Shown: positions 41,456-50,537 of the stretch, piece after piece
Position numbering within the stretch: position 1 is the stretch's first letter
How the letters are laid out: every line of letters starts with the position of its first letter
DNA from: Alphaproteobacteria bacterium
GTDB lineage: Bacteria > Pseudomonadota > Alphaproteobacteria > UBA828
Assembly (NCBI GenBank): GCA_963422645.2
Contig: CAXXVO010000017.1
Span: forward strand, 160,001-224,000
DNA length: 64,000 bases
Reading direction: 5' to 3'
Notes under the pieces: generated by a model
Seen by the model: the letters and a program-made list of their open reading frames with translations, nothing else
What the model was told of the DNA's origin: nothing
Databases searched by the model: none
Made by a program: the position numbers and the translations under genes

Positions 41456-42874
41456 ATGGCGCGCAAGTCTCGAAGAACCCGTCGCCTCAGGGTGGTGAAC
41501 CCTGACTGCGCAGGGATCGACATCGGCAAGGACCGGCACTTCGTGGCGGTCGAGGCGGAACGCAGCGATGAGCCGGTGCGTTCGTTCGGCTCCTTTACCC
41601 GCGATCTGGCGGCGATGGCGGCGTGGCTGGCGTCGTGCGGGGTGACGAAGGTCGCAATGGAGTCGACCTCGGTCTACTGGATCCCGGTCTACGAGACGCT
41701 GGAGCGCGCGGGCTTCGAGGTGATGCTGGTGCCGCCGCGCATGACGAAGCAGATCGGCGGGCGCAAGAGCGACGTGCTGGACTGCCAGTGGATCTGGCAG
41801 CTGATGTCCTACGGTCTGCTGCGGGGAGCGTTCCGTCCGGGCGACGAGGTTTGCCCGCTGCGCTCCTACGCCCGCCAGATGAGGCGGCTGACCGAGGACC
41901 GCTCCCGCTGCGTCCTGCACATGCAAAAGGCGCTGACCGAGATGAACGTCAGGCTCGACTCGGTGATCGCCAACATCACGGGACTGACCGGCCAGCGCAT
42001 CCTGCGCGCGATCGTCGACGGCGAGCGTGACCCGGAGCGCCTGGCGACGCTCCGCCACCGGGGCATCAAGGCCGACGCCGATACGATCGCCGCGAGCCTT
42101 CAGGGGACGTGGCGCGAGGAGCATCTCTTCGCCCTCGAACAGGCCATGCAGCGCTACGACTTCCTGACCCGGCAGATCGACGACTGCGAGGCCCGGGTGA
42201 TGGCCGAGGTCGAGCGCCTGACACCGCCGGACGATCCCCCGGAGGGCGGTGCACCGGACCCTGCCCCCGGCACGACCTCGGACACCGCGTCGGGCCGCTC
42301 CGCGAACGCCGCAACCAACGACACCGGCAAGGAGGGCATCCAGCCCCTGGCGTTGCGCAAGATGATGGGCGTCGACCTCACCGCGATCCCCACCGTCGGT
42401 CCCGGTACCGCACTGGTGATCGCCTCGGAGATCGGCCCGGACTTCTCCGCCTTCCCCTCCGCTCAGCACTTCTGCTCCTGGCTTGCGCTCGCGCCGGGAA
42501 CCAGGATCAGCGGCGGCAAGAATCTCCCCGGCAAGTCGCCGAAGGCGGTCAACCCCGTCGGACAGGCCCTGCGCTTGGCGGCCATGGCCGCGCGCCGCAG
42601 CCAGACCTTCATCGGCGCCAAGCACCGCGCAAGGCTCGCCCGAATGGACACCCCCGTCGCGATCAAGGCGACCGCCCGCGAACTCGCCTGTCTGATCTAC
42701 CTCATGGTGACCGAGGGCCAGGAATACGTCGAGCAGGGCATCGGCGCCTACGAGAAGCGGCGCCTCAACAGAAAGTTCGCTCATCTCGACCGCCAAGCCC
42801 AAAAGCTCGGGTTCCAACTCATCCCGAAAACGCAAGGAGAGGAAAAACAGAACCCAATGCCGTCAATCGCTTAG
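41456..42874 (+). CDS. IS110-family recombinase/transposase (472 aa)
   Basis: GIDIGK, AMESTSVYW, KSDVLD (DEDD); C-terminal LAPGTRISGG serine motif; GGGAGG RBS. Confidence 0.93.
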   Translation: MARKSRRTRRLRVVNPDCAGIDIGKDRHFVAVEAERSDEPVRSFGSFTRDLAAMAAWLASCGVTKVAMESTSVYWIPVYETLERAGFEVMLVPPRMTKQIGGRKSDVLDCQWIWQLMSYGLLRGAFRPGDEVCPLRSYARQMRRLTEDRSRCVLHMQKALTEMNVRLDSVIANITGLTGQRILRAIVDGERDPERLATLRHRGIKADADTIAASLQGTWREEHLFALEQAMQRYDFLTRQIDDCEARVMAEVERLTPPDDPPEGGAPDPAPGTTSDTASGRSANAATNDTGKEGIQPLALRKMMGVDLTAIPTVGPGTALVIASEIGPDFSAFPSAQHFCSWLALAPGTRISGGKNLPGKSPKAVNPVGQALRLAAMAARRSQTFIGAKHRARLARMDTPVAIKATARELACLIYLMVTEGQEYVEQGIGAYEKRRLNRKFAHLDRQAQKLGFQLIPKTQGEEKQNPMPSIA

Positions 42875-43068
42875 GCATCTGTTACTCAAGAGCGTGGAAG
42901 ATTGACCCCTGATTGGAGATGCCGTAATGGGGCTTGGCGCCGGCGTGCAGCGTCTCGGCCTGTCGCGATGACGGCGAATCGGTTGTCGTTGCCCTTACAC
43001 GCGTAGCGTGTTCACGGGGTCTTGCCGCAAGGCGCGCCCCAATTCCTCTGGAGGAAAGGGCAACGACA

Positions 43069-44109
43069 ATGGACGTCTGTATCGGGCTGGATGTATCGCT
43101 GGCAAGCACGGCGGTTTGCGTTCTCGACGAGAAGGGCAAGATCGCGACCGAGGCGCAGGTCGCCAGCACGCCTGAAGCGCTGGTTGGGTTCCTGCACAAG
43201 CTGCCGCACGAGATCACCGCGATCGGTCTCGAGGCCGGTCCCTTGTCCCACTGGTTGCACAAGGGAATGACCGACGCCGGCTTCGAGGCCGTGTTGATGG
43301 AGACCCGGCAGGTAAAGGGTGCGCTGAAGGCCATGCCGATCAAGACCGATCGCCGGGACGCCGAGGGCATCGCACGGCTGTTGCTGATGGGGTGGTTTCG
43401 GCCGGTGCACTGCAAGTCGGTGTCATCGCAAGAGATGCGAGCCCTCCTGACCTCGCGCAAGTCCGTGCTGGACGCGATCATCCGCCTGGAGGTCTCGCTG
43501 CGCGGCGTCCTGCGTAACTTTGGCCTGAAGCTGGGCCTGATCTCGAAGGGCCGCTATGAGGCCCGAGTGCGGGAGTTGGTCGCCGGCAACGCGATGCTGG
43601 AAGCGGCAGCCGAACCGATCCTGGGCGCGCGGGCGGCCCTGCGCCGCGAGTTCGCCGAGCTGGAGAAGCTGGTCCGCACTCTGGCAAGGCAAGACAGGGC
43701 ATGCCGCCTGTTGATGACCATGCCGGGCGTGGGGCATGTCATAGCCCTGACCTTCAAGTCCGCGATCGACGACCCGGAGCGGTTCCGAAGATCGAAGGAT
43801 GTCGGCCCCTGGGTAGGGCTGACGCCGGCGCGGGAGCAGTCCGGGGAGAGGGATATTGTCGGCCGGATCACCAAGGCCGGCGATGCCGGTCTGCGCGCGG
43901 CTCTTTACCAAGCCGCAACGGTGATGCTGAACCGCACAGGGCCGAACTGGCTGAAGGCTTGGGCGCTACGTTTGGCGAAGCACAGGGGCAAGAAGCGCGC
44001 GACCGTTGCCTTGGCCCGGCGCATCGGTGTTGTGCTTCACCGAATGTGGCGGGATGGAACCGAGTTCCGCTTTACGCGCGAGGAAGCGATGGCGCTTCGG
44101 ACGGCATAG
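43069..44109 (+). CDS. IS110/IS1111-family recombinase/transposase (346 aa)
   Basis: IGLDVS, GLEAG, KTDRRDA (DEDD); GLTPAREQSGE serine motif; GGAGG RBS. Confidence 0.93.
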   Translation: MDVCIGLDVSLASTAVCVLDEKGKIATEAQVASTPEALVGFLHKLPHEITAIGLEAGPLSHWLHKGMTDAGFEAVLMETRQVKGALKAMPIKTDRRDAEGIARLLLMGWFRPVHCKSVSSQEMRALLTSRKSVLDAIIRLEVSLRGVLRNFGLKLGLISKGRYEARVRELVAGNAMLEAAAEPILGARAALRREFAELEKLVRTLARQDRACRLLMTMPGVGHVIALTFKSAIDDPERFRRSKDVGPWVGLTPAREQSGERDIVGRITKAGDAGLRAALYQAATVMLNRTGPNWLKAWALRLAKHRGKKRATVALARRIGVVLHRMWRDGTEFRFTREEAMALRTA

Positions 44110-44164
44110 GCGCGGCTGCATCCCATCGGCAGTCAGCGAGGAGAGGAGGAAAGAGCCGCGCCTG

Positions 44165-44360
44165 AAGGTGGGCGAGCCACCAACGTCCCCTCGCCGGGAC
44201 GCGGTCCCCGATGATGCACGTGGGCCCACTTGTTTGCCGAACCGGCCTGTCGTGTTCGAGCACGCTGTGGAGATAGGCACTCGGGAACCGATTTGGACTG
44301 GGCATGATGTTGGCAGCCGATGCGCTGACCACGGACAGAAGCGAGAACCCGGCGAAGGAC
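44165..44360 (+). ncRNA. Putative bridge/seek RNA of IS1111-type element B (boundaries approximate)
   Basis: Stem 44202-44211/44281-44290 encloses GGGCCCACT and TGGAG (target); next loop has GGCAT and ACAGAAG (donor junction). Confidence 0.75.
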
Positions 44361-44552
44361 ACAAGACGTTGAGCAAGCGCGAGATCGATACGGTCGGCCC
44401 CATTGCACCTGACACCGGCAACCTCCTCCGCGCCTCACCCGGCGCCTCATAGCCAGGCCGAAGGAGCCCCTACACCACGCCAGGAAAACAACTGATTGGC
44501 GCGACAATGATCTATTGAAAATCGAGCTTGACGGGAAACGCCCCATTACAGA

Positions 44553-44632
44553 AGTGGGCCCCTGGGGCCGGACAGTTTCAGGCGGCCGATTTGACCGGCT
44601 TGCGGGACTGCTCCTCCTCGAAACGGTCGGGG
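44553..44632 (-). mobile_element. IS3-family right-end remnant (its terminal 3 bp are at 42914-42916)
   Basis: Minus strand PDRFEEEQSRKPVKSAA* then CTGTCCGGCCCCAGGGGCCCACT|CCA, an IS3-like end; family assigned from recalled similarity. Confidence 0.6.
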
Positions 44633-44939
44633 TGTCAACGCCGGATGAAGATTCGGCCAGAGGGCGGCGCAAAAGACTGCCACTCTGGGTGATGCGTCGT
44701 TGTGACGGTTTTTCGGCGGGCGCGGTCCGTGGAGCCATCCAGAGCTCAAGCGGTCCGCGCGCGCCGGCCGACCGGAGGGCGGCCTACTGGTTTCGGTTTG
44801 TCGAGGTTCAACTTTGCGCCGTCAACGGACACGCCTGATGGCGGGATGACGGTGAGTGCCCGAGCACCGTCACGGCAGGTGGCGGGGGCTGGGGCTGGGC
44901 GCCTTGGCCGATCGGTGTCGGTCGTCGGCGTGCCGGGGT

Positions 44940-45704
44940 TCAGCTTGCGGTCTTGTTCCTGCGTGCACGGCTCTGGCTGAGGCGGTAGCTGTCGCCGTTC
45001 ATCTCGAGGATGTTGACGTGGTGGGTGAGACGATCGAGGAGCGCCCCGGTGAGGCGCTCGGAGCCAAAGGTCTCGGTCCATTCGTCGAAGGGGAGGTTGG
45101 AGGTGATCAGGGTGGCGCCCCGTTCGTAGCGCTGGGAGACCAGCTCGAACAGCAACTCGGCGCCGGTCTTGCTCAGCGGCACGAAGCCGACCTCGTCGAT
45201 GATCAGCAGCTTGAGACTTGCCAGCTGCTTCTGCAGCCGCAGCAGTCGTCATTCGTCACGCGCCTCCATGAGCTCATGCACCAGCGCCGCTGCGGTGATG
45301 AAGCGCACGCTCAGCCCCTTCTGGCAGGCGGCCAGTCCGAGCCCCAGGGCGACATGGCTCTTGCCGGTGCCCGATGGGCCGAGGGCGATGACGTTCTCGC
45401 GCCGCTCGATCCATTCGCAGCGCGCCAACTCCAGCACCCGCGGCTTGTTCAGCGCGGGCATGGCCTTGAAGTCGAAGCTGTCGAGGCTCTTGGCGAGCGG
45501 GAACTTCGCCGCCTTGATGCGCCGCTCGACCATGCGCCGTTCGCGCTCGATCAACTCCAGCTCCGCCAGCCGGGCCAGGAACTGGATATGATCCAGGCCC
45601 TCGGCCGCGCACTGGTGCGCCACTTTCTCGTATTGGCGCAGGAAGGTCGGCAGCTTCAGGGCCTTGAGGCGGTGCGCCAGCAGGATGTGGGGCGTGTCCG
45701 TCAT
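44940..45704 (-). pseudogene. istB: istB with internal stop codon
   Basis: GPSGTGKSH...EARDE*RLLRLQ...IDEVGFVP; TGA at 45249-45251. Confidence 0.88.
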
Positions 45705-47071
45705 GCCGCGTCCTCCGACAGCAGGCACATGTAGCTGGCCGCCGAGGTCCTGCCGACGGTAGCCTTCGGCAGATAGGGGTAGACATCGAGGTCGAGCTTC
45801 GGCGGGCGCTTCTCGAGGCGGCACAGCACCAGGTGCTTGACCGCGTCGAAGCCTATGGCGCCCAGGCGCAGGGCATCCTTCACTGCGGCGTGGAGATCCT
45901 CCAGCCCGAAGCTCTCCAGCAGCCGCAGGACCTGCACGTACTCCCGCCGCCCCGCCTTGAGCGCGCGTGCCTCCATCAGGCGGCGCAGGGTCTGGAAGGC
46001 GGGCGGCAGGTCCCATCCGGCGAGCGGCGCTGCCTGGTCCAGGGCGCCGATCTTCTGCTCGATCAGGGGCAGATAGTGGATCGGCTCGAAGATCATGTCC
46101 TCACGCTCATAGGACCGGGGATGGCGGGCGATGACGTCTCCGCCACAGCCGATCACCACTCGATCGACGTAACCGCGTACCCAGACGTCACGATGGCCAT
46201 AGGCCACCGGCACCGAGTAGTCGTTGGTCCGATAGCGAACCAGAGACTGCGAGCTGACCTGGCCGGGAGCCTGGTCACAGGCCTCGAAGGGCGTAGCCGG
46301 CGGCGCGGCCATGGCCGCCACATCCCGCGCCAGGCGCTCTCCGATGGTCTCGCGGTGTCCGCGCAGGATATCGCCCTGGCGGCTGTGGCATTGCTCCTCG
46401 AGCCGCAGGTTGAACTCTTCCCAGCTCGCAAACCGTGGCAGCGGCACCATGAAGTTGCGCCGGGCCAGGATGCGCGACACCAGGCAGCGGTCGTTGTCGT
46501 AGAGAACCGATCGGGGAACCCCGCCGAAGAAGGCGAAGGCATGCACATGCCCGTCCATCCACGCCTCGGCCGTCGCCGCAGGGTAGGCCCGCACGTAGCA
46601 GGCGTCGCTGTGCGGAAGATCGAACACGAAGAAGTGCGCCTTGCGCGCGATACCCCCGATCACCGCCCGCGCCTCGCCGAAGTCCGCCTGCCCATGCCCC
46701 GGCGGATGGATCAGCGGCACGAACATCTCTCGCCGCCGGCGCCGATGCTCGCGCACATGATCCTTCACAATCGTGTAGCCGCCGCTGAACCCGTGCTCGG
46801 CCCGAAGACGGTCGAAAATGCGCTTCGCCGTGTGCCGCTGCTTGGGCAGCTGCTCCAGATCGTCCCGCAGCCACCCGTCGATGATCTCGATGAACCCGTC
46901 CAGCTTCGGACGCCGAAGCGGCGCCGTCCGCCGATAGCCCGGCGGCGCCGAAAACTGCAGCATCTTCTTCACGCTCTCGCGTGAAATCCCGAAGTGACGC
47001 GCCGCAGCCCGCTCACTCATCCCGTCCCGGCAGGCGAGACGGACCTTCCGATAAAGTTCCACGGTATGCAT
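45701..47071 (-). pseudogene. istA: istA with apparent in-frame deletion in the catalytic core
   Basis: QADFGEA and YDND present, but the KGxVE motif is missing (VSRILA|RRNFMVP). Confidence 0.75.
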
Positions 47072-47181
47072 GCCCCCGCCCTCCCCGTCGCCGGGAAGGG
47101 CCTATCTGGCAGAGTCTTGCTCCGCCCGCTGCGAGACAATCCCGCCGCTACCGTGGACTAATTTCGCACCGCCGTTTCCAG

Positions 47182-47364
47182 ATCGAAGAGTTCCATTTCT
47201 GCATGGCGCATTTCGACTTCATCATGAAGGTGTCCGCTCCGGACGATGAGTCCGTGAGCGCGTTCGCCATGGCGGTCCGCCGATCCGGAAACGTAACCGC
47301 CAAAGTTACGCGCGCGTTCACGCCGGATGAGTGGGGAAACATCGTGGGCCGTCTTGAGGGTTAG
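47182..47364 (+). pseudogene. 3' fragment of a GYD-domain-like protein truncated by IS21
   Basis: IEEFHFCMAHFDFIMKVSAPDDESV...GNV...TRAFTPDEW. Confidence 0.55.
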
Positions 47365-47570
47365 CCCGAGCTGCGCTTCGGCGCGCCGCGAGCGACGTCC
47401 GTCCTCACCACCCGCAGGTGGCTCCGCGTGCCGGAAAAACGATGATCCGTCAGCGCTTCGGAGTCAGCCCCTCGTTTGACGCCGATCGGTGAGTCAAGTA
47501 GTGTTTTTCTTGGCACTCAAGCACGCGTCAATGGGGCGGTGCGCCTCCACGAGGATGGAGGTGTTTGATG

Positions 47571-49449
47571 GTAACTGCCCAGGTTCTTGCTGTGAAAATT
47601 CTCTGGGATTCGGCACAACGCTACCCACGCGACGCCCGTGTGCTCCTCTGGGGTCGCCGGGTTTCACAGCTCACGATGCCCCTCTTGCGGACTGCGACCG
47701 GTAAGCTACCCCGATGTGGCCCGAAGTCCGCCCGCGCGACGGGCACCGATTTTCATTCTATGGGGTGGTCCAGCACGGCGTCGACCATGATCGTTTATGA
47801 GAATGGCTCCGCTGTTGGAGAACCCGTGCCAGGTGAGCTTACGCGCACTTGACGGTGGCGATGAGCCGATCCGATGGGCTGGTCAGGGCTTCGATGATAT
47901 TCCAGCCCTGCTTTCTGGCGGTGGTGATGACGCTGCGCAGGATGGCGAAGTTCTCGGCCCCCTGCGCGGACCGGAAGCCCCCGGAGATCTTCTGGCGCAG
48001 CTTCATCATCCGAAGGTCGCGCTCGGCCTCGTTGTTCGTGAACCCGACCTCGAGGTCGATCAGGAACCGGAGCACCGCGCATTTGTGGTCGCGCAGCCTC
48101 AAGGCCAGATTGTGACCGATCCTTCGCTTCCGGCGCTTCTTCCTCTTGCCAGGCGAGAACGGTGGTTGGCTCTCGTGAAAGGCCAGCGCATCGGCGATGA
48201 TCTCGTCGTATCGGCGCTCGATCAGCGCCACAAGCCTCGCCGGAACGGCGATATCCTTGTCCAGCGCGATGCGGGCGGCGCGATTGGCTCGGCGCAGGAG
48301 CTGCTGCATCCGCCGGGCCCAAGCCTCCCCTTCGATGTCCACCAGCGCCTGCAACTCCCGCAGGTGATGGGCGTTGCACAGGCCGTGCTCCACCCCTTCC
48401 ATCGCGAAGTACGGCTTCCAGTGATCGTGCACGACGATGCCGGAGACACCCGAGAGCAGGGCGCCGCGCTTGCCGCTGACCCGGTACGCCGCCAGCAGCG
48501 GCGTGCAGATCACATGAAGCCACTGCGTCTGACCGCCGATCCGCAAGCCGGTCTCGTCCATGTGTTTCACCCGCGCCGTGCCCGCCGCCAGGTCCTGTAT
48601 GTGCAAGGCCGCGTCCCGCAGCCGCTCGGCCGCCCTCTCGCTCATCGTCGCCAACGTCGCAGCCGTCACCGGCGCGCCGAAGAGCTCGGCCATCACCTGC
48701 GACAGCCGATCCTCCGGCAGGAAGTGAGCGTGCTGAAGGTAGACCGCCACCCCGGCAATGCGCGGGCCGTACTGCACCGGCGCCGACACCCCGTCGGGGA
48801 ACGCCGCCCGGGTCACCGTCCCGCAATGCCCGCAGCACTTGGCATGCGCCCGGTGCTCGGTCACCTCCAGGGGGCTCGGCTCGGGCAGATCGAACACCTG
48901 GCGGGCGACGGGCGTTCCCGCCCTGGCCGCGTCCGAAAGCGGCGAACCGCATCCCTTGCAGGAAGCCGGGACGTGATCCTTCACCCGATCCGGGTGATCG
49001 GCGCGGCGCAGCGTCTTGCCCTTGTGGCCGGGCTGGCCACCGGGCTTGCGGCCCGATTTGCCGCGCAGGCTTCGGGTTCGCCGCTTCGAATTCGGCTTCC
49101 TCAGCCCATCGCTCGAAGGCGGCTTGCCGCTGTTGAGGCCGAGACGGCGCTCCAACTCCTCGATGCGCTCGACGAGACGCGCGACTTGCTCTTCCAGCCG
49201 CGCGTTCTGCTGCCGAAGCCAGGCATTTTCCTCCCGAAGCCGGGCGTTCTCCTCCTCCAGGCGGGCGATCTTCTGCGCGGGCGTTTCGGGCGCTGCTCCC
49301 GTCGAAGGGCCGCGCGGCGACTCGGGATTGCTCATGTCGTTGTTGAGTCATTTCCCGAAATTCCCGTCAAGCCCTTTCCACCAACTCCGAACGAGAAACG
49401 CCTCAATCCACTGGCCCAAAATGACAAATCAGACGACCTGGGCAGTTAC
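47571..49449 (-). mobile_element. IS66-family single-ORF element, copy 2 (1879 bp)
   Basis: GTAACTGCCCAGG / CCTGGGCAGTTAC ends; 8-bp TSD GTTTGATG at 47563-47570 and 49450-49457. Confidence 0.95.
47839..49335 (-). CDS. IS66 TnpC-type transposase
   Basis: Leucine zipper, PPSSD, GGQPGH.G, CxxC pairs, MDETG, HD, TNNEAERDLR. Confidence 0.93.
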   Translation of the reverse strand: MSNPESPRGPSTGAAPETPAQKIARLEEENARLREENAWLRQQNARLEEQVARLVERIEELERRLGLNSGKPPSSDGLRKPNSKRRTRSLRGKSGRKPGGQPGHKGKTLRRADHPDRVKDHVPASCKGCGSPLSDAARAGTPVARQVFDLPEPSPLEVTEHRAHAKCCGHCGTVTRAAFPDGVSAPVQYGPRIAGVAVYLQHAHFLPEDRLSQVMAELFGAPVTAATLATMSERAAERLRDAALHIQDLAAGTARVKHMDETGLRIGGQTQWLHVICTPLLAAYRVSGKRGALLSGVSGIVVHDHWKPYFAMEGVEHGLCNAHHLRELQALVDIEGEAWARRMQQLLRRANRAARIALDKDIAVPARLVALIERRYDEIIADALAFHESQPPFSPGKRKKRRKRRIGHNLALRLRDHKCAVLRFLIDLEVGFTNNEAERDLRMMKLRQKISGGFRSAQGAENFAILRSVITTARKQGWNIIEALTSPSDRLIATVKCA

Positions 49450-49454
49450 GTTTG

Positions 49455-50486
49455 ATGACCCAAGCGGCGGCTGAAGCGCGCTCCGACATTCGAGAACGAG
49501 TGAGCGAGCGGACGATTGCGCTGTACGAAGACGCGCTCGTCTGGGACATGACGCTGCCCTGGCTCCCCTCTTACGCGGACAAGGACGCCACCCTGCCGCG
49601 ATTCCGGGATGCAGGTGTGGATTTCGCGTCCCTTACCGTCAACGACTTTCCGGGTTCGCTCGGGGGCTCCGTGCGGCGGATCGCGGAGGTGACCCGGCAT
49701 ATCCAGGAACGCGCCGACACCCATGTGTTGGTGAAGTCAGTCGACGACATCCTCCAGGCTAAGCAGGATGGAAAATTCGCGCTCGCCTTCAACCTTCAGG
49801 AAACCAACCCGCTCGAAGGCGAGGTCAATTTCGTCCAGACCTATTACGATTTGGGCGTGCGCCACATGCTGCTCGCCTACAACCAGAAGAACCTGGTGGG
49901 CGACGGCTGCTCAGAGCGCACCGATGCCGGCCTGAGCCGCTTCGGAGTGCGCGTCGTGCAGGAAATGAACCGCGTCGGCATGATCGTCGACGGCAGCCAC
50001 ACCGGCTATCGCACGACCATGGAGGCGATGGAGGTGGCGACGGCACCGTTCATCTTCTCGCACAGCCTCGCGAACGCGGTCCACGAGCACTACCGCAACA
50101 TTTGCGACGATCAAATCAAGGCTTGCGCCAAGAGCGGCGGCGTCATCGGCTTCAACGGCGTCGCCTTCTTTCTCGGCGATGAGACGGCGTCGAGCGAGGC
50201 GGTCGTGCGCCATATCGCCCACATCTCGAACCTTGTCGGCCCGGAGCACGTTGGCATCGGCCTCGATTACTGCCGAGATAGCAAGAGTGTCGGGGTCTGG
50301 ACGCTGTCCAATACCGACATGTGGCCGCCCAACAAGGGCGTGCCGTTCGGTGAGACCGCGTTCGTGCAACCCGAGCAGTTGCTCGAGATCACCGACATTC
50401 TGCTTACACGAGGCTACGCGGAGGCGGATGTGCGCGGCATCCTCGGCGAAAACTTCGCCCGGGTCGCGCGACAGGTATGGAAGTGA
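49455..50486 (+). CDS. Membrane dipeptidase (M19) family protein; promoter and RBS separated by IS66
   Basis: GLSRFG..VV.EMNRVGMIVDGSH, FSHS, RNI.D.QI, HVGIGLDY. Confidence 0.88.
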   Translation: MTQAAAEARSDIRERVSERTIALYEDALVWDMTLPWLPSYADKDATLPRFRDAGVDFASLTVNDFPGSLGGSVRRIAEVTRHIQERADTHVLVKSVDDILQAKQDGKFALAFNLQETNPLEGEVNFVQTYYDLGVRHMLLAYNQKNLVGDGCSERTDAGLSRFGVRVVQEMNRVGMIVDGSHTGYRTTMEAMEVATAPFIFSHSLANAVHEHYRNICDDQIKACAKSGGVIGFNGVAFFLGDETASSEAVVRHIAHISNLVGPEHVGIGLDYCRDSKSVGVWTLSNTDMWPPNKGVPFGETAFVQPEQLLEITDILLTRGYAEADVRGILGENFARVARQVWK

Positions 50487-50537
50487 GGGACCTGCTCGCG
50501 GAACCGTGACAGGCGCACATGAGGGGAGAACCCAAGC

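Larger units (their letters stand above)
41185..42892 (+). mobile_element. IS110-family element A with long 5' non-coding end
   Basis: AG(C) shared at both junctions; removal restores an IS21-type end; internal IR GAGTAAC (41219-41225) / GTTACTC (42881-42887). Confidence 0.8.
42917..44552 (+). mobile_element. IS110-family element B (IS1111 subgroup) with long 3' non-coding end
   Basis: Sub-terminal IR GTAATGGGGC (42924-42933) / GCCCCATTAC (44540-44549), 7 bp and 3 bp from the ends; no TSD. Confidence 0.88.
44633..47180 (-). mobile_element. Second-type IS21-family element, decayed
   Basis: Ends TGTCAACGCCGG... / ...CACCGCCGTTTCCA; istA-istB; no TSD. Confidence 0.85.
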
